Origin: Nitrosopumilaceae archaeon
GTDB lineage: Archaea > Thermoproteota > Nitrososphaeria > Nitrososphaerales > Nitrosopumilaceae
DNA: 64,000 nt
Direction: 5' to 3'
Assembly (NCBI GenBank): GCA_965214835.1
Contig: CBDCCK010000002.1
Span: 2,848,001 to 2,912,000, forward strand
The notes below the pieces were generated by a model. That model was not told the origin of the DNA. It saw only the letters and a program-made list of their open reading frames with translations, and did no database searches. Position numbers and translations under genes: made by a program. Position 1 is the stretch's first letter. Each line of letters starts with the position of its first letter. Below, in pieces: positions 20,533-31,866 of this stretch.

Positions 20533-22414
20533 TTTGCAGGTACATTTCGACAGAATCTATAATCTTCCTGTGGCGAGCCAGCGAGCGCAGTCTGTCCGAG
20601 TCAAGCAGTCTGCAATCAAGCAGCTCGTCCATGATAGATATCAGCTCATCCTTGTACAGTGTGAGCCTGTTTTTGACGACCTCCACATAAAGATCCAGCC
20701 AGGCCTTTTCAGGGATGGCCCAGGTGGAGGACAGCCTTGCAGCGTATTCACGGATTAGGATCACCTTACTGTGGGGGGAGACCCTTAGCAGCGCCTGAAG
20801 CTCGTGTGGCTTTGGATCCAGCAGGACGGCGAATCCCTTGGCGTATTCAGATACGACCTCCGACAGGGACTGCCCGGATCCATTGGTGGTCTGAATGTTG
20901 TAGACTATTTTGCTGTACGAGTTTTGCAAGAATGGAAAAAGGGTGCTCAAGCCGGTGAACTGAAAGCCATGGGCAAAGCTTTCCTTCAGGTGATCATGCA
21001 GTGGCATGAGCTCGCCGTTCAGGGAGTAGTTTGTGAGGTGGTACAGATTTTGCCCGCGGCGTGACTGCAGGATGCCTGCGGCAGGCATAGAATTCGTTAT
21101 GAACTCGGCCCACCGCCTGTTTCGCGTCATGACAAAATCCGGATCCCTAGCCGACATGAGCAGTCTTGCCTCAATCCCTATCAATCCAAGAAGAGTCAGG
21201 GGGTTCTTGAATGCGCCAAATGCGGGGCTGCCTCTGTTGATTTTTACAGTCACCTCGTTTTCCCGGGCTGTCAAGCCATAGATCTCAGATCCAGAGTCCT
21301 CGAACTCAAAATTCAGCCGTGAGCTGCCCTCGCTTATGCTAAAGGATTCGGCCTTTCGAAGGAGCATCTTTGCATTTGCTGCACTGATGCGGGTATTGAG
21401 GGCCGGGGTGCTATTTTTGCCGGCACCTGACAGTACGGACCGGATTTCCGAGGGGCTGACCTGCCTGGAGGCGGCGCTGCGCAGTGCCTTGATCACGGCA
21501 GGGTCGTTTTTGAACCCGGAAACGGCCTCCCTGTATTCAAGGGAGTCCTCCAGGAATCCGGTCTTGTGAAAGTTGACAGGAACGTGATCAAGTGACAGCT
21601 CCCCTGCAATCTTTGCGACCTCGGGATGATGCCTGATGCCGAATTTAGCATAGGCCTTGATCAGCCTGCCCTTGCGGTACAGGTGGATCCCGTAATCTCC
21701 CTTGATCGAGCGCCTTTCTAGCAGTCCGACCCAGCCGGAAATGGCATGGCCGCTGGGAAGACTGACTGTGACTTCTTGCTTTGTATCATCCTTCAGTTCA
21801 GGGGCAGCATGAATGCAGTCGCGCGAGTTTATGCGTATCCTGACTTGGTTGCTCTTCAGATAGGGCCCGTATCTGATGCCAAACCGCTTTTTAAAACCAG
21901 AGATTTGGTTTGGGTACAGTGGAATCTTTAGCTTGCAGATTACAATTGTTGTGCCGTGCCAGGTGCCGGTCTTTTCCTCCTCGATCTCAAAGTTTGTCCA
22001 GCCCTTTGAGGAATCATCCAGCCACCGATCCTCGTCGTACCTGGCAGTGAATTGGGATTCAGAGCCGGGAGTGGCAGTCGTTATGGTAAAGGATTTTCCA
22101 AGGTGGGAGCAGGCGCTTTTCATGCCCAGGCCAAACCGTCCCAGCTTTTCACCCTCTGCCTTGGTTTCCCTTGCAATGGTAAGCGCATCCCCTAGTCCGT
22201 CCAGTTCCATCCCATGGCCGTTATCAGAGACGGTGATTTGTTTTTGATCAAAGTCAAGGTCTATGTCGATTTTTTCAACCCCACCTGCAAGCCTGGCATC
22301 TATCGAGTTGTCGACTAGCTCCGCTATGGCCTGCTCGGTCCGATATCCTGTCATCCCCAGTTTTTTAATCAGGCTCTTATCAGGGGCTATGTCGACTCTG
22401 GTCTTTTTTGTCAT
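20525..22414 (-). CDS. GHKL (MORC/HATPase_c_3-like) ATPase with C-terminal AbiEi-like domain
   Basis: AELVDNSIDA, DNGHGM, GRFGLGMK, GT; C-terminal FTGLSTL...PEKAWLDL. Confidence 0.8.
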   Translation of the reverse strand: MTKKTRVDIAPDKSLIKKLGMTGYRTEQAIAELVDNSIDARLAGGVEKIDIDLDFDQKQITVSDNGHGMELDGLGDALTIARETKAEGEKLGRFGLGMKSACSHLGKSFTITTATPGSESQFTARYDEDRWLDDSSKGWTNFEIEEEKTGTWHGTTIVICKLKIPLYPNQISGFKKRFGIRYGPYLKSNQVRIRINSRDCIHAAPELKDDTKQEVTVSLPSGHAISGWVGLLERRSIKGDYGIHLYRKGRLIKAYAKFGIRHHPEVAKIAGELSLDHVPVNFHKTGFLEDSLEYREAVSGFKNDPAVIKALRSAASRQVSPSEIRSVLSGAGKNSTPALNTRISAANAKMLLRKAESFSISEGSSRLNFEFEDSGSEIYGLTARENEVTVKINRGSPAFGAFKNPLTLLGLIGIEARLLMSARDPDFVMTRNRRWAEFITNSMPAAGILQSRRGQNLYHLTNYSLNGELMPLHDHLKESFAHGFQFTGLSTLFPFLQNSYSKIVYNIQTTNGSGQSLSEVVSEYAKGFAVLLDPKPHELQALLRVSPHSKVILIREYAARLSSTWAIPEKAWLDLYVEVVKNRLTLYKDELISIMDELLDCRLLDSDRLRSLARHRKIIDSVEMYLQSE

Positions 22415-22430
22415 TATATGATTCAAGATT

Positions 22431-22517
22431 TGCGAATTTTATATATTTTCGCAAATTTTACTCGTAAGATTATAAAATTCAATTGGGTTTTATATGCGAA
22501 AATACCCATTATTCGCA
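22431..22517. promoter_or_regulatory. TATA box plus two TGCGAA-N11-TTCGCA inverted repeats
   Basis: repeats at 22431-22453 (spanning minus-strand TATATAAAA) and 22495-22517. Confidence 0.65.
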
Positions 22518-22731
22518 AAAGCAAATTGCGAAGACAGCCTCAAAACCATAGAAAATGCGGCCAATTGCCCATCGGGGGCGTAGCAACAAGCGAATCCTCT
22601 GGCGCTACGGGGAGCCGGCCTGATTTCCATCACATCGTGTCGGCTCCCAAAGGTCAGCCCTGCAAAACAGTTAAGCATCTAGAGCCCAGGATACGCGCAA
22701 GGCACGAGCGTGGAGTGGACCCCATAAAATA

Positions 22732-23446
22732 GGGTAATACGTAGTCATTTGGCCGAGCAAAAAACAGATAATACGACCAGCATTCGTGCAAGTCGTGCCT
22801 AGCACAGATCCAATAAAACTGGCCAACAGCATGTCAAAAAGTAGGGTCTATTTTCGACACGCCAGATGGAATGGAAGGAGGACATGTCCCAAATGCGAGT
22901 GCAGGGGGGGTCTATCGCACAGGAGATCGATTCCGGTGTAAAAGATGCTGGTATAGGTTCGACGAGTTTACTGGCACATACTTGGCAAGGATCAGGCTTC
23001 CACCCAACACGGTAATCCTTTTGCTGTATCTGTTTTCGGTAGGAGTTCCGGCATACAGGTTGCGATTTAGCATAAACGTCAGTCTTAGGTCCATAGAACA
23101 TGCGTTCATGGTGTTTCGCGATGCCATATACGAGGCCGCAATCAGAGAGATGAAAATGCTGTCTGGAGACATAGAATTTGATGAGGCGATGTTCGGGGGA
23201 CATCGTAAAGGAAAGCGTGGCTGGGGTGCCGAAGGCAAGACGATCGTATTTGGAATATATGCGAGAAGCGGACAGGTAATGACGTTTCCAGTACCTGACC
23301 GAAAACGCACCACTCTCCGGCCGCTGATCGAAAAGCACACCGAGGCAGGTTCGCTATACTATACAGACGAGCATACTGCATATGCGTTTCTCTCCACCAG
23401 GGGAATGCACAAGACGGTAACCCACAGCAACGACGAGTTTGTACGT
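22732..23446 (+). pseudogene. IS1595-family transposase, truncated by ISH3-like insertion
   Basis: CPKC zinc ribbon, EFDEAMFGG..KRGWGA..K, YTDE. Confidence 0.85.
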
Positions 23447-24863
23447 CAGTAGTTCCTCGATGTACTTTTGCAGGCACGATAATTACGCAATTTGCCGAGA
23501 TTTTTTGACCATCATACTATAGATCAGGCGGTGTGCCAACCATCATCATGTCAGTAACACAAAACGACGTGTTTGCACACCAGTTTGACATAACATCGAG
23601 ACAGTTTAAAACATTGCGACGGCGGTTTCCCAAGCTCGGGCTGGCCGTCTCAAAGAGTCGCAACGCAGTGTATGACCACATCGACGCACTGCGCGTTCTA
23701 TATTTCATGTCTGAGAGGAGGATGTTTGCAGAATCTGCCGTGACGCACCTTCGCAGGCGGGCCTCAAAATGCAGCAGGCAGCAGCATGACGACGGGGCTG
23801 CCTCCAAGGGCGGCGCGTATAGTTGCCGTACGCCTAGTCCGGACTGGATCCTAAAGGCGATCCGGGGCGTCAGCCTGGATGATGCGCAAAAGTGGTGCAG
23901 CTCCATGCTGCAGCATACGGTAAGGTGCGCCCGCAGGTCAGGCATGCTGCACAACACGGACGTCGTGGCAGTGGACGTTACCGACGTGGAATACTATGGC
24001 AAGGGCCTGGAGGATATCGCCAGAAAGTCAAAGCCCAAGAACGGCACGTCGACGTTTCTCTCGCACATTACCATGCACGGAATAGGATCAGATGACGGGT
24101 CTGACCTCGTGCTTTCCTCGCTGCAGCTTCCAAAAGAGGCAAAACTGGCCGATTTCGTGCCTAAAATGATCCGCAAGGCGTCCAGATCAGGGATGAGGAT
24201 CAAGACGTTCCTGTATGACCGCGGGTTCTTTAACGTGGACTGCATGAGGGCTGCAGAAACAAGCACGGGCAGCTACATCATGCCTGCCGTCAAGAACAGG
24301 AGGATAGTGGCGGCAATAGAGGAGCATGACCGCGGAGAACGCGGTGCGGTATCAAAATATACAATGACCAACAAGGACGGCAAGAGCGCCACATTCAGGC
24401 TAGTCATTGTGGAAAAGGACGAGGTAGAAAAGGACGGCACGGCAGCAGCAAAGAAGGACAAGGCAGAAGAGACCATAGCCGACAGGTACCAGGGTCTTTG
24501 CCACCAACATGTCTGCTAAAAGTGCAGAGGCAGTCATTGAGCAGATACCGGAGGAGTACCGCAGTCGGTGGGGAATCGAGACCGGGTTCAGGGTGATCAA
24601 GGGGATAATGGGCAAGACGTGCAGCAATTCCCCGGTCGTCAGGCTGCTGCTGTTCTATATGTCTGTCATACTGTACAACCTGTGGAGGACTGCCGTGTTC
24701 ATAGACGTGGAATCCAAGTGGGACGGATTTGCAGGAGGGAAGGGGTTTACCATGATGCTGTTTGTCGCGTGCATTGTCGATGCGGCCGACTCGTTTGTAA
24801 ACGATCGCGGAAAGTAGCGGCGGTGCCGTGCCCGGTCTGCAAAGGCACACCTAGGAAGTAACC
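23447..24863 (+). mobile_element. ISH3/IS4-like element copy 1 (frameshifted, damaged right end)
   Basis: left end cagtagttcc; DDE with YRSRWGIETGFR. Confidence 0.9.
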
Positions 24864-26083
24864 ATATGTGAAGACATCGAAAGTGCAGTGATCAGGTGGT
24901 ACCTCCACTGATACGCCAAAGCCCAGGAAGGCGTCAGGGAAGGCAAACAAACTCATTACCCATCGACGTAGTAAGGGCATGATATACGTGGGACTGGACG
25001 TTCACAAGGAATCCGTCCAGATGGCAACGATTGACGGGGACGGAAAGCTCCTGTCCAACAAGAAGATCCCAAGCGACTTTGAATCAGTATCAGAGGCCGT
25101 CTCGAAGATCCCAAAGAAGGCAAAGTACGTCAGAGTCCTCCTCTGTGTGGTACGGGCTGTATCGGTACATGACTGATACCCTCAAGCTGGACGTGGTTCT
25201 GTCAAACCCGTACGCCACCAAGATGATAGCGGCATCCCTGAAGAAGACGGACAGGATAGACGCGCACAAGCTTGCCGAGCTGCTGCGGGGCGGATACATA
25301 GCAAAATGCTATGTCCCCGATGAGAGGATCGTATACCACAGGCAGCTGACCAGGCACCGGAACAAGATAGTGAGGGTCAGGACCAGGATGAAGAACCTGA
25401 TCCACGGCATAACACTGCAGGCCGGATTCAAGAGCAAGGCGCCGTATCCGTTCTCGCCCGCACACGTGGCAGAGCTCAAGGGTCTGCATGACTATAGGAT
25501 AGACTCGTACCTGAGGGAGATAGACATGCAGAACGTGGAGGTTGCAAAGGCAGACATGATGATACGCAAGGCAGTCGATGAGAGCCCCGGTGCGCAGCTT
25601 CTCACGTCGATCCCCGGGTTTGGGCAGTACACTGCACTGGTTGTAATAGCCGAGATAGGCGACATTGAAAGGTTTCCGGACTCTCACAAGCTGTGCGCGA
25701 ATGCGGGGATTGTCCCGTCGGTGCGCAACTCTGCAGACAAGGTATACCACGGGCGCATAACCAAGCGGGGAAGCAACATGATGCAGTGGGTGCTCGTCGA
25801 GGCAGTACACACGCATGTAAGGTGTGCGCCCAACAGCAGCATTACGAGATTCTACAAGCGGCTTGCCAAGAGCAGGGGAACCTCCAAGGCCACCGTGGCA
25901 ACCGCCGCCAAGCTGCTGCGGGTCATCTACTGGATGCTAAAGGAGAATAGGAAGTTCGTAGAATGGCTGTGACCGTATGTACTGCACTGCGGGGATGGTG
26001 GGGTGACCCTGCATGGTGCGGTCGTTGTAGTGGTGTCCACCCCCTAGCCCCCACCCACCCACCCAATGATCTTATAGGATATG
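24864..26083 (+). mobile_element. IS110-family element, frameshifted recombinase 24979-25972
   Basis: GLDVHK, ESS, KTDRIDA, SIPGFG, GIVPSVRNSA; boundaries approximate. Confidence 0.85.
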
Positions 26084-26299
26084 CTTGCACCCGACGGCAT
26101 GAAACGTTTCAAATGGATATCATGGTTAGGAATTTACCGCGTTATCAGTATGAGGATAATGCCTCGGGAAGTAACTGCGGGATCGCCTAACGAATGGATG
26201 AAGATGGTACTGGGGGAAAGCCCCGAATGGATACGTGTCCGCCCATCCTTTGGAAGTGGATCAACCCTAGCGAAAGCCATGCACCATGTCACGAAATCC

Positions 26300-27126
26300 A
26301 GGAAAATGCTTAAAAAGAATTCACATGGATACTGATGTGCCTCTTTTTTCTTCCCGTGTACCGTGTCTTTCTTGCGGTCTTGTCCCCGGGCCTGGCTACG
26401 GGAGTAAGGGTCCCGTCAACTAGGAGGCGTCCTTTTTGGGATCAGTTCCTCTATCCTGTCTGCCGGGGTTTTGCGGATGACGTCTGCTATCTTTTCGGCG
26501 GTAGGCAGTATCTTGCGCAGTATCACGATACAGTACCGGAGGTACCTAGACATCGTGGACTGGTCGACGTCGAACGTTGCGGCCAGGTGGTGCTGCGTCG
26601 CACTGGTCCTCAGGCTCATGAGTTCTGCAAGCAGCGCGTGCCTGATGTGCAACTTGCACCGGTTTCCGGCATCGCTGCGGCTCATGTCGTCCTCCCAGAA
26701 CAGGGGCCTGTCCCTGTCGGCCATGACCGCCTCTGTAAAGCGCTCCAGTATGGTTCTCAAATGACTTCTTTGTGCATCCGGTGACGCTGCAAAGGCGCGC
26801 CGGGCCGCCGATTATGCCGTCTGTAAGCTCGATTGCATGCATCCGCAGTGCCCGGCCGCCGCGCACGATTCTTTCCGTTTTGTTTTCCTCGGACTGCCAC
26901 AGTGAGTCCTCAAACGCAAGCCGGTTCCTCAGATGCTCGTTTTGCTTGGAGAACGGGCATGTTTTGTTCTACCAGACTCTTGTTTTGCTCTTGCAGTGTT
27001 TGGAGAAGGTTGTCATTTGAACTCATACCGTCAAAGAATCATACTGATCTTTATGGTTGTAGGTATACAAATCATGATCTATTGTGTTGTATTTTTAGAT
27101 CAGATTTGCCAATTACGCATAAAGTC
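26300..27126 (-). pseudogene. IS5/ISL2-like (DDE_Tnp_4) left end and decayed transposase
   Basis: GNRCKLHIRHALL homologous to the 35725 ORF; terminal attacgcataaagtc. Confidence 0.8.
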
Positions 27127-27183
27127 TTACATGAATGCCAGCTCCGTGTAGCGATCATGCGCGGCAGGCGGTGGAAGGAAAAG

Positions 27184-27483
27184 ATGGATGATGTCGGAGG
27201 CCTCAAGATGATGCTGGCATTTGCCGCCGGCATATTCGTAGAGGTCACAGTCATATCATCACTGCTGTCCTCTGATTTGGATTCTGTTATCGGCATTTCA
27301 CTGGCCGTTTTTATACCAATCATCATTCTCCTGATCGCCTTGATTCTAAGCAAGAAGGACAAGAATGAAATCATGGGAAGGCTTGAGACGATGGACAAAA
27401 AGCTGGACAGGCTTGACGAGATGTCAGAGACCCTCAAGGAGATGCGTGACACGCTAAACGAGATCAACCGGAAGCTGAAATAG
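27184..27483 (+). CDS. small membrane protein with C-terminal coiled coil
   Basis: 2 TM segments + EIMGRLETMDKKLDRLD heptads. Confidence 0.7.
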   Translation: MDDVGGLKMMLAFAAGIFVEVTVISSLLSSDLDSVIGISLAVFIPIIILLIALILSKKDKNEIMGRLETMDKKLDRLDEMSETLKEMRDTLNEINRKLK

Positions 27484-27493
27484 CCGCGAATCC

Positions 27494-27712
27494 GTGCTCA
27501 TTTCGGCTTTATTTGCCTTGCTGCTTTTCATGGTCAACTTGTGGCTGAACAACAACGGCAAGAAGGAGATCATGGAAAAACTTGAGACGATGGACAAAAA
27601 GCTGGACAGGCTTGACGACATCGTGGAGGAGAACAGGGCGCAGACAAAAAAACTGGACAAGATACTGGACATACTGGAGGAAATACGCGACATCCTCAAG
27701 TCACGGGGCTGA
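27494..27712 (+). CDS. small membrane protein with coiled coil (paralog of upstream gene)
   Basis: 1 TM + EIMEKLETMDKKLDRLD. Confidence 0.7.
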   Translation: MLISALFALLLFMVNLWLNNNGKKEIMEKLETMDKKLDRLDDIVEENRAQTKKLDKILDILEEIRDILKSRG

Positions 27713-27911
27713 GGACGGCCGCACGGACGCGGACAGCTGTCAGATGCCCATCATTGCATTCTCGGACAAGACGGCCACCCGGACGCGGACAGGAAATCAG
27801 GCCGCAACGGATGCAGGAAAAGGCATCAGTGGGCAGCGGACATTGTTCCCATACAATGCAATCCAGGGCCGGATTGACAAAGTATAAACACGGACAAAAA
27901 ACCCACCATGC

Positions 27912-28490
27912 GTGGAATCACCCTATGCCGGACTGGATGAGACAGAATGGGCGAACAAGACAGGCGAACTGATCAGCAGGCATCCGCTGAGGCCAGAAGA
28001 AATCACGGGAATAGTAACTAACTGCTGGGACTGCATACTGAACACGGTCATAGGGGACTACAAGATAGGCACGGACATCTTTCCTAGGCCGCAAATCATG
28101 GGGTTTTTTCTGCACGAGCTGATCTGCTTGGAAATATCAAAGCTTGACCCTGAAACATGGGGATGCGAGAAAAAACCAAGCGACAAGGACATTGTCAACC
28201 TAAAAGACGACACGTATTCCATAGAGGTCAAGACATCGTCCCACAAATCAAAAATTTTTGGAAACCGGAGTTACGCGCAAGATACCACAAAACCCAGAAA
28301 GTCGAAATCCGGCTACTATCTGACAATAAACTTTGAAAAATTCAAATCCGGCAGGACAAGGCCGAAGATTACAAAGGTCAGATTTGGCTGGCTGGATCAT
28401 GAGGACTGGGCCGGCCAGAAATCACAGTCGGGACAGCAGGCCCGCCTGCCGCCAAACGTTGAAAAGTCAAAACTGCTGGAGATCCTGTGA
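27912..28490 (+). CDS. type II restriction endonuclease, ScaI-like
   Basis: SPY..W..KT.ELI.RHPL, PQIMGFFLHELI, D...SIEVKTSS, FGNRSYAQ, RFGWLDH. Confidence 0.85.
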   Translation: MESPYAGLDETEWANKTGELISRHPLRPEEITGIVTNCWDCILNTVIGDYKIGTDIFPRPQIMGFFLHELICLEISKLDPETWGCEKKPSDKDIVNLKDDTYSIEVKTSSHKSKIFGNRSYAQDTTKPRKSKSGYYLTINFEKFKSGRTRPKITKVRFGWLDHEDWAGQKSQSGQQARLPPNVEKSKLLEIL

Positions 28491-29315
28491 CTGCCGCCGT
28501 ATCCTGTCTATTGCAATGTCCAAATAATCCTCGTTTGTGTCACACCCCACGACCTGTCGGTTGTTCATGATTCCTGCTATGGCAACGCTGCCTGATCCCA
28601 TGAATGGATCAAATATCAGATCATGCTCGTTGCTTGATGATTTCACTATCCTGTCCAGTATTGCCAGCGGAAACTGGGCGGGGTGGTCCACTCTTTCCCT
28701 GGATGCCCTGTTCCTTCCAGACGTCACTTTTGGTATCTCCCAGACGTTGGTGGGGTTTTTCCCCAAAGGATTGCATTTTAATCTTCCATTCTTCTTCTGG
28801 TTGGGGTACTTTACGTCGGGATCCCTTATGGAATCCAGGTTGAACGTGTACCGGTCCCGGTTTTTTACATACCACAGGTACTTTTCATTTCTCGGGGAAA
28901 AGTATCTCTTTGTCGCCACTCCGGCCTTGTAGTACCACACGATTTCCTGCATGAAATAGAAATCCGTCTTGTCCCACAGCAGATAGTTTATGGGAACGGC
29001 CTTGCCTATGTCCTGCAGTTCAAAGTACCCCAGGTTGAGCCAAAAGGCGCCATTGCGATCTGTCATTTCAAAAACCTGATTCAGCCATTTCCTGCACCAC
29101 TTTAGGTAGTCCTTTGGGTCCTGCACCCTTTCATACTCCTTGCCTATGTTGTATGGCGGCGAGGTTATTGTCAGGTTCATCAGGGGTGATTTTACTTTAT
29201 CCATGAATTCCACGCAGTCAATATTGTACAGCAGTACGCGGTCATCAGAGTAATAGGGGTCGCCAATCTCCTGCCTTATTGAATCCAGTTTTGACATCTG
29301 TTTCAGGTTGCTCAT
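28467..29315 (-). CDS. N4-cytosine DNA methyltransferase (beta class)
   Basis: TSPPYN, HPAQFP, DPFMGSGS; convergent with the REase. Confidence 0.92.
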   Translation of the reverse strand: MSNLKQMSKLDSIRQEIGDPYYSDDRVLLYNIDCVEFMDKVKSPLMNLTITSPPYNIGKEYERVQDPKDYLKWCRKWLNQVFEMTDRNGAFWLNLGYFELQDIGKAVPINYLLWDKTDFYFMQEIVWYYKAGVATKRYFSPRNEKYLWYVKNRDRYTFNLDSIRDPDVKYPNQKKNGRLKCNPLGKNPTNVWEIPKVTSGRNRASRERVDHPAQFPLAILDRIVKSSSNEHDLIFDPFMGSGSVAIAGIMNNRQVVGCDTNEDYLDIAIDRIRRQSQDLQQF

Positions 29316-29562
29316 CGCTCATCGCTCCGTTTCTTCACTGTGATTTTTCACCACGGGCTTTCGCGCGTCTTTCATGAAACTGTTACCATGCGACTCTACT
29401 TATATTTTCAGCTAGGTGCCGGAGATGGAAATGTGATCCGGGTGGCGGCAGACTCGCCGGATCACATGATCAACTTTGACGGGGAGAGGTTTCTCGGGCC
29501 GTAACATGCGGCATACGGACTGCGGCGTGATGCCGGTCATCCCCGGTCTCCGGCCGGCAAGT

Positions 29563-30979
29563 CAGTAGTTCCTCGATGTACTTTTGCAGGCACGATAATT
29601 ACGCAATTTGCCGAGATTTTTTGACCATCATACTATAGATCAGGCGGTGTGCCAACCATCATCATGATACCAACACAAAACGACGTGTTTGCACACCAGT
29701 TTGACATAACATCGAGACAGTTTAAAACATTGCGACGGCGGTTTCCCAAGCTCGGGCTGGCCGTCTCAAAGAGTCGCAACGCAGTGTATGACCACATCGA
29801 CGCACTGCGCGTTCTATATTTCATGTCTGAGAGGAGGATGTTTGCAGAATCTGCCGTGACGCACCTTCGCAGGCGGGCCTCAAAATGCAGCAGGCAGCAG
29901 CATGACGACGGGGCTGCCTCCAAGGGCGGCGCGTATAGTTGCCGTACGCCTAGTCCGGACTGGATCCTAAAGGCGATCCGGGGCGTCAGCCTGGATGATG
30001 CGCAAAAGTGGTGCAGCTCCATGCTGCAGCATACGGTAAGGTGCGCCCGCAGGTCAGGCATGCTGCACAACACGGACGTCGTGGCAGTGGACGTTACCGA
30101 CGTGGAATACTATGGCAAGGGCCTGGAGGATATCGCCAGAAAGTCAAAGCCCAAGAACGGCACGTCGACGTTTCTCTCGCACATTACCATGCACGGAATA
30201 GGATCAGATGACGGGTCTGACCTCGTGCTTTCCTCGCTGCAGCTTCCAAAAGAGGCAAAACTGGCCGATTTCGTGCCTAAAATGATCCGCAAGGCGTCCA
30301 GATCAGGGATGAGGATCAAGACGTTCCTGTATGACCGCGGGTTCTTTAACGTGGACTGCATGAGGGCTGCAGAAACAAGCACGGGCAGCTACATCATGCC
30401 TGCCGTCAAGAACAGGAGGATAGTGGCGGCAATAGAGGAGCATGACCGCGGAGAACGCGGTGCGGTATCAAAATATACAATGACCAACAAGGACGGCAAG
30501 AGCGCCACATTCAGGCTAGTCATTGTGGAAAAGGACGAGGTAGAAAAGGACGGCACGGCAGCAGCAAAGAAGGACAAGGCAGAAGAGACCATAGCCGACA
30601 GGTACCAGGGTCTTTGCCACCAACATGTCTGCTAAAAGTGCAGAGGCAGTCATTGAGCAGATACCGGAGGAGTACCGCAGTCGGTGGGGAATCGAGACCG
30701 GGTTCAGGGTGATCAAGGGAATAATGGGCAAGACGTGCAGCAATTCCCCGGTCGTCAGGCTGCTGCTGTTCTATATGTCTGTCATACTGTACAACCTGTG
30801 GAGGACTGCCGTGTTCATAGACGTGGAGTCCAAGTGGGACGGATTTGCAGGAGGGAAGGGGTTTACCATGATGCTGTTTGTCGCGTGCATTGTCGATGCG
30901 GCCGACTCGTTTGTAAACGATCGCGGAAAGTAGCGGAGGTGCCGTGTCGGGTCTGCAAAAGTACATCTAGGAAGTACTG
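29563..30979 (+). mobile_element. ISH3/IS4-like element copy 2 (frameshifted)
   Basis: TIR cagtagttcctcgatgtacttttgcag / ctgcaaaagtacatctaggaagtactg. Confidence 0.93.
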
Positions 30980-31288
30980 ATGTGCAGTTTGTGCCAAAGT
31001 CCAGTCTCCAGACCGATCAAATAGACTCGTGCCTGAAATCAGGAGTTGCTTCGAGTCCGAGCTGCTGCCTTTCTCTGCCTTTATATCGAGACGATTTTTC
31101 CTCCAGTCTTTTCTTCGTATTTTTTGATTGGTGCAGCCTAAAACAATCCAAGTACGCCTGATCTTAGGCGGAACCAATTTTCGTACAATACACTGTATCG
31201 CTTCTATGGAGGGCGCCATGATGAAGGCTCCCGTGAAATGGCTGCAACGCAGCTAAATTTAAGGGTAGATGGCTAGCTTTAGTAGTAG

Positions 31289-31810
31289 TTGGAATCATTT
31301 GACTTGGTCATTCCATGGATAGGCGAGGTTTTAGGGGAGCACCTATACGAGGGGATCTTCCTGGCGGCCCTGCTTGAGACGGTCATTCCCCCGGTTCCCA
31401 CACTGGCAGTCTTTCCAACCGCCGGACTGATAGCGTCTCAGAACGGACTGTCAGTCTTCGAGGTCATCCCCATGATATTCCTAGGCGCGCTGGGTGCGAC
31501 CATCGGAACCACGGGGATCTACCTGATTGCGCTAAAGCTTGGCAGGAGCGTACTGCTGCGTTACCTGCGCCTTTTGAAAATTTCCGAGAAGAGGCTGGAA
31601 CGTGCAGAAGGATGGTTTGAAAGGCACGGGGACAAGGCAGTATTCATCGGACGGGTGGTGCCGGTAATGAGGGAGATGGTTTCGGTTCCCGCTGGACTCC
31701 TGGGCATGAAGACCCCAAAGTTTGTCCTGTATACATTCGGGGGATCAACGGTCTGGTCGGCAGGAACCATCCTGGCAGGGTACTATTTTGGCGCAGCATG
31801 GAATGCGTAG
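31289..31810 (+). CDS. DedA family membrane protein
   Basis: LETVIPPVP, GRVVPVMREMVSVPAG. Confidence 0.9.
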   Translation: MESFDLVIPWIGEVLGEHLYEGIFLAALLETVIPPVPTLAVFPTAGLIASQNGLSVFEVIPMIFLGALGATIGTTGIYLIALKLGRSVLLRYLRLLKISEKRLERAEGWFERHGDKAVFIGRVVPVMREMVSVPAGLLGMKTPKFVLYTFGGSTVWSAGTILAGYYFGAAWNA

Positions 31811-31866
31811 CAGTGCTTGTGGATACGCGTATGGGGCAGGCTCAAACCAAAGACATGTGCGGACGG

